This document shows positions 18,876 to 27,643 of a stretch of DNA of 64,000 nucleotides, one piece after another. Position 1 is the stretch's first letter. Every line of letters begins with the position of its first letter. Made by a program: the position numbers and the translations under genes. The DNA comes from an uncultured bacterium (GTDB taxonomy: Bacteria; Krumholzibacteriota; Krumholzibacteriia; Krumholzibacteriales; Krumholzibacteriaceae), in NCBI GenBank assembly GCA_963813815.1, contig CAWFAD010000016.1, forward strand, positions 544,001 to 608,000, written 5' to 3'. Under the pieces are notes generated by a model that did no database searches, was not told the origin of the DNA, and saw nothing but the letters and a program-made list of their open reading frames with translations.

Positions 18876-20486
18876 CTAACCGCCGAGCCGCTTGATCATC
18901 GTCTCGGCCTGCGTCTTGAGCGCGTCCCGCGTTCTCTCGTCGAGGGACGAATCGATGGGGAGCAGCCCGAGCGTCTTCTCGAAACAGCCGCGGGCCTCCT
19001 CCGCGCGTCCCGCGTACGCGCAGGCCTCGCCGAGGTTCGCCCACGCGCCGGCCGAATCGGGATAGAGCACGGAGCCCTCTCTGAATATGTCGACCGCGTC
19101 CTCGACCCGCTGAGCGGTGAGGAACTGGTACCCGAGCGCCCTGACGGCCGAATGGGAGAGGGGGCGCTCCTCGCCGCGGCCGCGAAGGTCGCGCAGCAGC
19201 CGGAGGCCGGCCGCGACGCCCTCTTCCCAGAAAACGGATGCGAGCTCCTCCTCGCGAAGAGGCGCCGGCGAGCCGCGCGCGATCCGGAACGCCGCGACGC
19301 CGGGGAGAGAATCTCCCCGCGCGGCCTTCTCGAGCGCCGCGGAGCTTTCGCCGTCTCCCTTGAGAACGTCGTCGAGGAACAGGCGGACGAGCCGGCAGAG
19401 ATGCCCGTACGAGCGATCTTTGCCGTCCGGAGCGTTTCCGGGCACCGCCGCCGCGAGCGCCCCGAAATTCGTGAAATCGCTTCCCTGCGCTCCGGACATC
19501 GTCGCGATCCGGCGCGTCGAGTGTCTGAGCGCATCCGAGGCGGCGAGTACGCCCCCCTCCTGATCCGCGGTGCACGCGGCGAGCAGGGGGACGGTCATTC
19601 TCTCCGGCCGGTAGCCCCGGTGCGACGAGAGGAGCTCCGCGGCGCCGGGCGCCGCGGCCCATTCGCCGAAGGCTGCGACCGCGTCGACGTCCGAGTTCCG
19701 CATGGCGAGAACGAGCGCGGCGAGCGCGCCGAAACCCCGGCCGACGAGGGCGAGCGAGGCGGCGTCCGCGTGCGGTTTGCCGCGGAGCTCGGCGACGGCG
19801 AATTCCTTGTCGCGGACGAGGGCTTCGAGATCGTCGGGATTCGCCGCGGGATCGCGCAGCATGCTTCCGAGCGGCTGCGTCGCAGCGACTACGTAGCCGT
19901 GGCTCGCCAGGTATTCGCAGAGGAGGGCGTTTTCGCCGGGGCTTCCCCGCAGATCGGAGTGGTACACGACGACGGGAAACGGCCCCGCGAGCGGCTTCGC
20001 GCCGCGGACCGCCACGAGCTCGACGTTCATGAGATCGACGACGCTTCCTCGCTGTCCCCCGAAATAGGGGTAGAGCATCGAGTAGACCTCGCGCTCCTGA
20101 AGCCGCGAGAGGAGCGGAAAGAGCGCCGGATCGGACGGGCTCGCGAAGGAGCATTCGCCGTAGACCATCCTCGGCCCCGCCGGCGTTTCTTCGGCGGGAT
20201 ACCAGAGATGGATGAAAACGGGCCGCGCGCGCTCGCCGGACCGCGCCGTTCCATCCGGCCCCCGCTCGTTTCTGAACGTGCGCGAGCAATCGAAGCGCTC
20301 GATCGCCTCGAAGCCCACGGCGTGCGGACCGTACTCGATCCCCCCGCCGGGCGGAGGAAGATCGGCGTCTTCCGCGCGAGCGGGCCCGCGCGGAAGCGTC
20401 AAGGCGATCGCGAGCGCCGCGGCGGCCAGCGCCTGCCGTGCGCGCGCGGGCCTTCTCTCGTATCGAGGACCAAGACGCGCGATCAT
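18876..20486 (-). CDS. Secreted alpha/beta-hydrolase-fold protein with C-terminal TPR
   Basis: GPHAVG, HLWYPA, GPFPVVVY, YLASHGYVV; nucleophile elbow reads GRGFG rather than GxSxG. Confidence 0.7.
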   Translation of the reverse strand: MIARLGPRYERRPARARQALAAAALAIALTLPRGPARAEDADLPPPGGGIEYGPHAVGFEAIERFDCSRTFRNERGPDGTARSGERARPVFIHLWYPAEETPAGPRMVYGECSFASPSDPALFPLLSRLQEREVYSMLYPYFGGQRGSVVDLMNVELVAVRGAKPLAGPFPVVVYHSDLRGSPGENALLCEYLASHGYVVAATQPLGSMLRDPAANPDDLEALVRDKEFAVAELRGKPHADAASLALVGRGFGALAALVLAMRNSDVDAVAAFGEWAAAPGAAELLSSHRGYRPERMTVPLLAACTADQEGGVLAASDALRHSTRRIATMSGAQGSDFTNFGALAAAVPGNAPDGKDRSYGHLCRLVRLFLDDVLKGDGESSAALEKAARGDSLPGVAAFRIARGSPAPLREEELASVFWEEGVAAGLRLLRDLRGRGEERPLSHSAVRALGYQFLTAQRVEDAVDIFREGSVLYPDSAGAWANLGEACAYAGRAEEARGCFEKTLGLLPIDSSLDERTRDALKTQAETMIKRLGG

Positions 20487-20598
20487 GCCGGCAGCATACC
20501 GCAGATGGGGCGCCGAGGCAAGGCAAGCGAGGGATGAGGCGTCGGGAGAATGGACTTCCGGGAAAGGGCGAACGGCGGAGCGCGGCGCGGCGAATCCG

Positions 20599-21645
20599 CT
20601 ACGGCACGGCAACGGCGGCGGGAGCGGCTTCGGCGGCTTGAGGCTCGGCGTCGGAGAGACGCTTCGAAACCTCGGAGAAGAGCCTTTCCGCCTGCTGGAA
20701 GCAGCTCACGATGACCGGGTCGAACTGCTTGCCCCGCTGATCGAGGATGTACTGCCTGGCGTCATCGTGCGACATGGCTTTCTTGTACGGCCGCTTCGAG
20801 GTGAGGGCGTCGTACACGTCCGCGAGCGCCACGATTCGCGCGCAGATGGGGATGTCGCCGGCCTTCAACCCGTGCGGATAGCCGCTTCCGTCGAATCGCT
20901 CGTGGTGCCAGAACGCGATGTCGCGCGCCGTTTCGAGAAACTTCGCCCCCGGGTACTGCGCGAGCGCCTGCCCGAGCGTCTTGCCCCCGATGATGGAGTG
21001 CGTTTTCATGATCTCGAATTCGCGCGGGTCGAGAGCGCCCGGCTTGAGGAGAATGGCGTCGGGAATGCCGACCTTTCCGATGTCATGGAGCGGGCTCGTG
21101 AGATAGATCGTTTCCACGTCGGCCGGCGAGATACGCTCGGGACAATCGCTCGTATGGGCGAGCACGTTGCCGAGGAGGCGCGAGTACTCTCGGATGCGGT
21201 CGAGGTGGCGGCCCGTCTCGGGATCGCGCGATTCGGCGAGCTTCGCGAGCGCGAAGATGACCATGTAGTGCTGCTCCGCCGACAGGATGCGCTCGGCCAC
21301 CCGGATGCGCGCTTCGAGCTCGACCGGATCGAACGGCTTCATGAGAAACTCGTCCGCTCCGGCCCGCAACCCCTCGATGATGTCCGCTTTCTGGGTTCGG
21401 GACGTGAGCATGATGATGTAGGTATAGCCGGCCAGCGTTTGCGAGCGGATCCACGTGCAGAGCGCCGGTCCGTCCATCTTCGGCATGACCCAATCCGTGA
21501 CGACCATGCGGATGGAATTCGAGAAGATCTTGTTCATCGCCTCGACGCCGTTTTCGGCCGTTACGACCTCGTGACCCTTTTCGACCAGGGTGTTCGTGAC
21601 GAGTTCGCGGTAGAGCTTGTCGTCGTCGACCACGAGTATCTTCAT
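20599..21645 (-). CDS. Response regulator with HD-GYP phosphodiesterase domain
   Basis: ILVVDDD..DWVMP..KPF receiver; ETGRH, LHDIGK, HHERFDGSGYP, ADVYDAL, RPYK. Confidence 0.93.
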   Translation of the reverse strand: MKILVVDDDKLYRELVTNTLVEKGHEVVTAENGVEAMNKIFSNSIRMVVTDWVMPKMDGPALCTWIRSQTLAGYTYIIMLTSRTQKADIIEGLRAGADEFLMKPFDPVELEARIRVAERILSAEQHYMVIFALAKLAESRDPETGRHLDRIREYSRLLGNVLAHTSDCPERISPADVETIYLTSPLHDIGKVGIPDAILLKPGALDPREFEIMKTHSIIGGKTLGQALAQYPGAKFLETARDIAFWHHERFDGSGYPHGLKAGDIPICARIVALADVYDALTSKRPYKKAMSHDDARQYILDQRGKQFDPVIVSCFQQAERLFSEVSKRLSDAEPQAAEAAPAAVAVP

Positions 21646-21766
21646 GATGCGCTCTCCGAATTCATGACGCCCGCGAGCTTCGTTCGCTCGCCGTCCGGTC
21701 AGGGCACGAGGCGGCCCGAACCCGCCGGCTCGCTCGAGCCGGACTTTCAGCCGTGCACCACATGAG

Positions 21767-21783
21767 CGCAAGAATCGTACCCG
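21767..21783 (-). promoter_or_regulatory. Sigma54-like promoter GGGTACG-ATTC-TTGC for HD-GYP gene
   Basis: GG-N10-GC with TTGC at -12, ~120 bp upstream of ATG. Confidence 0.5.
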
Positions 21784-21804
21784 CAGGGCTTCCCAGGCGC
21801 TCCA

Positions 21805-21822
21805 TTGGGTATATCTACTCAT
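21805..21822. promoter_or_regulatory. NarL/LuxR-type dyad TTGGGTA-N4-TACTCAT
   Basis: Heptamers match TACYYMT-like consensus; same layout as 46455-46472. Confidence 0.5.
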
Positions 21823-22009
21823 ATACGCGGCGCGAATGCCGGGCAATTTCGCGGCCCGGAAGGGGCTTTTGAGGCTACCATAAGCCATTTTCCCCGGATG
21901 GGCCCCGAATGATTCGCGGAGGGCGCCGGAGGGCGTTCCGATGGGGGGTGGGAGGGCCGAGCGCGGGGCTCCGTCGGCCGTTTTGAGAATAATTCCTCGC
22001 TCTTTGCCT

Positions 22010-22984
22010 TTAGCCCCGCAACCGTTCATGGCGGTAATACATCTGCTCCCCGCGCCGCTCGGCGCGTATTCTACCGCCTCGAACGAGCCCCTCCAGCATG
22101 CCGTCGATCCGGGGAGACGGGCCTCCGAAAGACGCGTATATGTCGGAGGCGGTGCACGGCCGCCGTGAGAGGAGGGCGAGGATGGCCTCCTCCAGTATCT
22201 CCTCTTCGTGGCGCGTTCGCGTCGTGCCTGCCGAGGCGATGACCTCGCACCTCGGTCCGAACGACCGGCGGATGCGGTCGAGCGCCTCCGCTCCGAGCGG
22301 TCCGGCGCCGCTCTCGGTGCCCGGCCGGACGGCCGTATTGAGCTGCACGCGGTCCGCGCGCACGCGGCCCGCGATCCGGCGAAGCGCCGCGAGGTTCGCA
22401 TCGCCCGCGTTGTAGCCGTCGACGAGGAGGATCTCGAGGAGCGCCGTTCCGCGGTACGAGGCGAGGAAGGTCTCGAGGCCGCCGACGAGCCGTTCGAGCG
22501 TGCATTCCTCGTGCGGACGGTTGACGCGCAGGTAGTCCTCCTCGATCGCGGCGTCGAGGGACGGGAGCACGATGTCGGCCCGGGCGAGCTCTTCGCGCAC
22601 CTCCTCCATCCAGAGGAGGGAGCTGTTGGTTATGACGGCCACGGGAAGCCCCGTGAGACGCTTCGCCCCGTCGATGAGCTCTCCCATGCCCCGATAGAGG
22701 GTCGGCTCGCCGGAGCCCGACAGGGTGACGACGTCGGGCTTGTTCTTCGCGCGCGCGAGGTGCGTTTCGAGCTCGTCGAGCGCTTCGCGCGGGTCGAGGA
22801 ACGCTTCCCGCCGGCACGTCTTCGCCGTGGTCGCCCCGCATTCGCAGTAGACGCAGTCGAAGGTGCAGGTCTTGTAGGGGATGACGTCGATGCCGAGGGA
22901 GAGCCCGAGCCTCCGCGAGGGGACGGGGCCGAAGATGCGCTTCAAACCCGAGCGCGGTCGATGTTCCGGTGCCGGTCGCGTCAT
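22010..22984 (-). CDS. Radical SAM Fe-S oxidoreductase (COG0731-like)
   Basis: FGPVPSRRLGLSLG, CTFDCVYC, SGSGEPTL, ITNSSLL, PSLDA. Confidence 0.9.
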   Translation of the reverse strand: MTRPAPEHRPRSGLKRIFGPVPSRRLGLSLGIDVIPYKTCTFDCVYCECGATTAKTCRREAFLDPREALDELETHLARAKNKPDVVTLSGSGEPTLYRGMGELIDGAKRLTGLPVAVITNSSLLWMEEVREELARADIVLPSLDAAIEEDYLRVNRPHEECTLERLVGGLETFLASYRGTALLEILLVDGYNAGDANLAALRRIAGRVRADRVQLNTAVRPGTESGAGPLGAEALDRIRRSFGPRCEVIASAGTTRTRHEEEILEEAILALLSRRPCTASDIYASFGGPSPRIDGMLEGLVRGGRIRAERRGEQMYYRHERLRG

Positions 22985-24282
22985 CGTTCCTCGATTCCCG
23001 GCGCCGGGTCCGCCGGATGTCTCCGGTCGGGCCTCGGCCGTTTTCGCAGGAGAAACGCTCCGAACAGAACGCCCGCGGCGAGAGCGAGAAACGCTCCGGT
23101 GAAAAAGGTCGTCTCGGGCGAAAACCGCCGCCACAGCCAGCCGCCGATGATTCCCGCGGGCAGGAGCGAGAGCCCGATCACGGTATGGTACAGGGCGAAT
23201 CCGGTCGCCCGCCTCTCCTTCGGGACGATCGTCGCGAGATACGCGGTACCCACGCCCTCGGTGAAGCCGAGGTAGACGCCCTGCAGCGGAAAGAGCGCCC
23301 AGAGCGCCGCGGGGCTTTCGGCGAGCGCGAACGCGGCGTACGCCGCGGCGAAGAGGAAGTAGCCGAGAAAGGCTATCCGGGCCTTGCCGGCGCGGTCGGC
23401 GAGCTTCCCCGCCGGATACGAGAGGAGCGCGCTCGCGAGGTTCATCGTGAGGTAGAGGATCGGTATGAGGCTCACGGTGAACCAGACGCTCCCGGATTCG
23501 GCGATGACGTCCCTGGCGCGCAGGATGAGAAAGAAGCTCGACGAGTTGCCGAGGTAAAAAACGGCCGTGATCGCGAGGTAGAGCTTGAGCTCGCGGGAAA
23601 ACGGCGTCCGGGCCGCGGCGGCTTCCCTCTCCCGGGGCGCGTCGGCGGCCGGTTCCGCCGGGAGCCCCGGTAGCCGGACGCGCTCGCGGACGAAAAGCTG
23701 GATCGTCGCCACCGCCACGGCGGCGGGGATCATCGCCAGCCAGAAGATCGATCGCATCCCGAGGCCCGCGGAAAGGATGACGGTCGCGAGCAGAGGACCG
23801 AGCACCGCCCCCGCGGTGTCCATCGCCCGCTGGATTCCGAAGGAGCGGCCGTACCGCTCGACGGGGCTCGCCTCGGCGATGAGGGCGTCGCGCGGCGGCG
23901 TTCTGATCCCCTTGCCGGCTCGATCGACGAGCCGAAAGGCGAGCACGTGGCCCCAGGAGCCCGAGAGCGCGAGCAGCGGGCGGGCGAGAACGGATAGCCC
24001 GTAGCCGGCGAGAATCGCGGCCTTGCGCCGTCCGGCGCGATCGGAGATCACGCCGGAGAGAACGCGGAAAAAGGAAGCCGTTCCTTCCGAGAGCCCGGCG
24101 ACGAGTCCGATCGCCACGCTCCCGGCGCCGAGGGACGCGAGAAAGACGGGGAGAAGCGGATAGATCATCTCGCTCGAGACGTCCATGAAAAAGCTCACCC
24201 AGCCGAGGGCGAGTATGGTTCTCCCGTCGAGCCGCTCGGCGGCCGCGGCGCCTATTTTTTTCTCCGAGGTCGGGCCGTTCAT
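22981..24282 (-). CDS. MFS transporter
   Basis: SFFMDVSSEMIYPLLP, SGVISDRAGRRK, DRAGKGIRTPPRDALI; ~12 TM. Confidence 0.9.
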   Translation of the reverse strand: MNGPTSEKKIGAAAAERLDGRTILALGWVSFFMDVSSEMIYPLLPVFLASLGAGSVAIGLVAGLSEGTASFFRVLSGVISDRAGRRKAAILAGYGLSVLARPLLALSGSWGHVLAFRLVDRAGKGIRTPPRDALIAEASPVERYGRSFGIQRAMDTAGAVLGPLLATVILSAGLGMRSIFWLAMIPAAVAVATIQLFVRERVRLPGLPAEPAADAPREREAAAARTPFSRELKLYLAITAVFYLGNSSSFFLILRARDVIAESGSVWFTVSLIPILYLTMNLASALLSYPAGKLADRAGKARIAFLGYFLFAAAYAAFALAESPAALWALFPLQGVYLGFTEGVGTAYLATIVPKERRATGFALYHTVIGLSLLPAGIIGGWLWRRFSPETTFFTGAFLALAAGVLFGAFLLRKRPRPDRRHPADPAPGIEER

Positions 24283-24438
24283 TCGTTTTCTCCGTGCGCG
24301 TTCGCGAACGCCGGGCGCGGAGAACCGCGCCCGGCCCGGGGCACGAATATACGCGAGCGCGCCCAGTATACAATAATTTTTCGTGGCGCGCGACGCGCCG
24401 GAGGCACTACCATGAAGCAACACAGGAGGTCGCGGAGC

Positions 24439-26349
24439 GTGCATGCAAGAAAACCGGCGGGGCTCGGGGGGTCGGTGCTCGAGCTCTACGAGTCCAAGAA
24501 GCGAAGCATCGACGACATCGTGAGGATCGTCAAGGCGGGGAGCCGCATCTTCATCGGATCGGGCGCGGCGGAGCCTCAGACCCTCGTCAAGATCCTCATC
24601 GAGCGGGGCAAGTCGATCGCCGACCACGAGACGATCAACCTGATCGAGCTCGGCACCACGCCCTACACCGAGGCCGTTCTCAGCAAGCCGTTCCACCAGA
24701 ACGCGTTCTTCATCGGCGCGAACGTGCGAGGCGCGGTGAACGAGGGGCGCGCCGAGTACACGCCCATCTTTATGTCGGAGCTGCCGTGGTACCTCCGCTC
24801 GGGGCGTCTGCGCATCGACGTGGCCTTCATCCAGGTCGCCCCGCCCGACAACTACGGATTCTGCTCGCTCGGCGTTTCGGTCGACATCGTCAAGGCCGCG
24901 GCGGAGAACGCCAAGCTCGTCGTGGCGGAGGTCAACCGGCGGATGCCGCGAACCCTCGGCGACTGCTTCGTGCACCTCAAGGACATCGACCACATCGTCG
25001 AGAGCGACGTGCCGCTCCCGGCGTGGCTTCCCCCGGCGCCGGACGAGGTCGCCGACCGCATCGGGCAGAACGTCGCCCACCTCGTGCGCGACGGCGCGAC
25101 GATCCAGGCGGGCATCGGCATGATCCCGAACGCCATTCTCTCGCACCTCAAGAACAAGCGCGATCTCGGCGTCCACACCGAGATGTTCTCCGACGGCATC
25201 ATCGACCTCGTCGAGACGGGGGTCGTCACGAACGCCCGCAAGACGCTCCATCAGGGCAAGATCATCGCGACCTTCTGCATGGGGACGCAGCGTCTCTACG
25301 ATTTCGTCGACGACAACCCGCTCATCGAGTTCCATCCGTGCGATTACACAAACGATCCCTATCTCATCGCGCGGAACGACAGCATGGTCTCGATCAACGC
25401 GGCGATCCAGATCGATCTCACCGGCCAGGTGTGCGCCGACTCGATCGGCGAATACTTCTACGCGGGGATCGGAGGACAAGTCGATTTCGTGCGCGGCGCC
25501 GCGCGGTCGAAGGGCGGCAAGCCCGTCATCGTGCTGCCATCCACCGCCAAAAAGGGCACCGTCTCCCGCATCGTGCCCTTTCTCGATCAAGGGGCGGGGG
25601 TCGTGACCTCGCGCGGAGACGTGGCGTACGTCGCGACCGAGTACGGCATCTGCAATCTCCACGGCCGCAATCTCCGCGAGCGGGCGCTCGCGCTCATCAG
25701 CGTCGCCCATCCCGATTTCCGCGACGAGCTCCTCAACTACGCGAAGCAGCGCCGCCTCGTCCATCTCGACCAGATGCCGCTCACGATCGCGGGCCGGTTC
25801 TATCCGGAGCAGTACGAGCAAGCGGCGATGTTCGGCGGCACGCGCGTCTTTTTCCGGCCGATCAAGCCGACGGACGAGGCGATGGAGCGGTCCTTCTTCT
25901 ATACCCTCAGCGACGAGACGATCTATTACCGGTTCTTCAACATCCTCAAGACCATGCCCCACGAGAAGCTTCAGCCCCTCGTCAACATCGACTACCGCGA
26001 GGAAATGGCCATCGTGGCGCTCACCGGCGAGCCGGGGGACGAGGAGCTGATCGCGATCGGCCGTTTCAAGCTCGACCACACCGACGACTTCGCGGAGATC
26101 GCCTTCGTCGTGCACGACAACTGGCAGAACCGCGGCATCGGCACCCATCTCATGAACGCGCTCATCGAGATCGCGAAAGACATGGGGGCGGAGGGTTTCA
26201 AGGCCGACGTGCTCGCCGAGAACAAGAAGATGCTCCACGTCTTCCACAAGTGCGGGTACTCCGTCCGCAGCCTGCTCGAGGAAGGGGTCTACTCGATCCG
26301 CGTGGATTTCAGCGAGAGGAGCAAGCCCGGTGAGCGGTCGAAGCAGTGA
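24439..26349 (+). CDS. Acetyl-CoA hydrolase/CoA-transferase (Cat2/AbfT-like) fused to C-terminal GNAT
   Basis: SLGVSVD, IQAGIG, HTEMFSDG, GIGGQVDF, TEYG; then RPIKPTD..YYRFF..AEIAFVV..WQNRGIG; start 24412 or 24439. Confidence 0.88.
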   Translation: MHARKPAGLGGSVLELYESKKRSIDDIVRIVKAGSRIFIGSGAAEPQTLVKILIERGKSIADHETINLIELGTTPYTEAVLSKPFHQNAFFIGANVRGAVNEGRAEYTPIFMSELPWYLRSGRLRIDVAFIQVAPPDNYGFCSLGVSVDIVKAAAENAKLVVAEVNRRMPRTLGDCFVHLKDIDHIVESDVPLPAWLPPAPDEVADRIGQNVAHLVRDGATIQAGIGMIPNAILSHLKNKRDLGVHTEMFSDGIIDLVETGVVTNARKTLHQGKIIATFCMGTQRLYDFVDDNPLIEFHPCDYTNDPYLIARNDSMVSINAAIQIDLTGQVCADSIGEYFYAGIGGQVDFVRGAARSKGGKPVIVLPSTAKKGTVSRIVPFLDQGAGVVTSRGDVAYVATEYGICNLHGRNLRERALALISVAHPDFRDELLNYAKQRRLVHLDQMPLTIAGRFYPEQYEQAAMFGGTRVFFRPIKPTDEAMERSFFYTLSDETIYYRFFNILKTMPHEKLQPLVNIDYREEMAIVALTGEPGDEELIAIGRFKLDHTDDFAEIAFVVHDNWQNRGIGTHLMNALIEIAKDMGAEGFKADVLAENKKMLHVFHKCGYSVRSLLEEGVYSIRVDFSERSKPGERSKQ

Positions 26350-27478
26350 CGCGAAGATCTGCTTCATCAACTCGCGGCGTCTCGGTGAGGTCCGTTTCAG
26401 CCCCGATCATCCGTTCAACCCGGAGCGGGTGAAGCGCGTCTACCGGATGTGCGAGCAGCGGGGGCTCTTCGCCTCGCCGCGGGTCGCCGTCGTGGAGGTC
26501 GAGGAGGCCGAGAGCGGCGTTCTCGAGCGGTTCCATACGGACGACTACGTCGCCGCGCTCCGCCGGGCGAACGACGGCTCCGAGGTCGACGTCGACATGC
26601 TCCATCACGGCATCGGCACCGCCGAGAATCCCGTTTTTCGGGGCGTGTACGACTTCGCGGCGCTCTCGGCGACGGCGAGCCTCGAGGCGGCGCGGCTCAT
26701 GATCCGGGGGGCGGCGTCGGCGTTCAACCCCTGCGGCGGATTTCATCACGCGCACCGCGATCGCGCTTCGGGGTTCTGCTACGCGAACGATATCGCGATC
26801 GCGATCGACGAGCTCCGGAGATCCGGGCTCCGCGTGGCGTACGTCGACATCGACGCGCATCACGGCGACGCGGTGCAGGAGGCGTACTACGACGACGCCT
26901 CCGTGCTGACGGTCTCGGTGCACGAAACGGGAAAGACGCTCTTTCCCTGGGGCGGCTACCCGCGGGATCGGGGCAGGGACGCGGGGCTCGGGTACAACGT
27001 CAACGTCCCGCTCGAGCCGGGCGCGGACGACGACGTCTTTCTCCTCGTCTTCCGCGAGATCGTGATGGACGCCCTCGGACGCTTTCGTCCCGACGTCGTC
27101 GTGGGACAGTTCGGCACCGACACCTTCGCGACCGATCCCCTGACCCATCTCAGACTCTCGAACAACGGCTACATCGAGGCGATCGAGATGCTCCACGCGT
27201 CCCACCCCCGCATTCTGGCCCTCGGGGGAGGCGGGTACAACATGCACGACGTCGAGCGCGGATGGACGCTTCTCTGGGCGGAGCTCGCCGGAATGCCCAT
27301 CGAAGAGGAGTACGGCGGCTCCCTCGGCGGGGTGTTTCTCGGCGACTCCTCGCTTCCCGGCTCGAGCCTGCGGGATATGCACGTCTACACGACGGGCCCC
27401 GAAAAGGAGCGTCTCGTCTCGAGCGCCGGAGAGCTCATCGACAATTACCGCAAGGATATACGGACGATTCTTCCCTGA
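26330..27478 (+). CDS. acuC: Zn-dependent deacylase (AcuC/HDAC class)
   Basis: HPFNPER, GGFHHA, SGFCY, YVDIDAHHGD, SVHE, DPL, GGGGY; overlaps upstream gene. Confidence 0.88.
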   Translation: MSGRSSDAKICFINSRRLGEVRFSPDHPFNPERVKRVYRMCEQRGLFASPRVAVVEVEEAESGVLERFHTDDYVAALRRANDGSEVDVDMLHHGIGTAENPVFRGVYDFAALSATASLEAARLMIRGAASAFNPCGGFHHAHRDRASGFCYANDIAIAIDELRRSGLRVAYVDIDAHHGDAVQEAYYDDASVLTVSVHETGKTLFPWGGYPRDRGRDAGLGYNVNVPLEPGADDDVFLLVFREIVMDALGRFRPDVVVGQFGTDTFATDPLTHLRLSNNGYIEAIEMLHASHPRILALGGGGYNMHDVERGWTLLWAELAGMPIEEEYGGSLGGVFLGDSSLPGSSLRDMHVYTTGPEKERLVSSAGELIDNYRKDIRTILP

Positions 27479-27643
27479 AGGGGCTTCCGGGCCGCCGGGC
27501 GGCCGGGGGAGCGCCGCGGGGCGGGGAGTGCGGGGGGTCCTGCCGCCGCGCCGCCGCGAGAGAATGTGTTTGAATTGTCGCCCCGATTTGATTAGTTTAC
27601 GGGACGTTGCAGCGATCGATTCCGCCCGTGCCCGCGCGCATTC

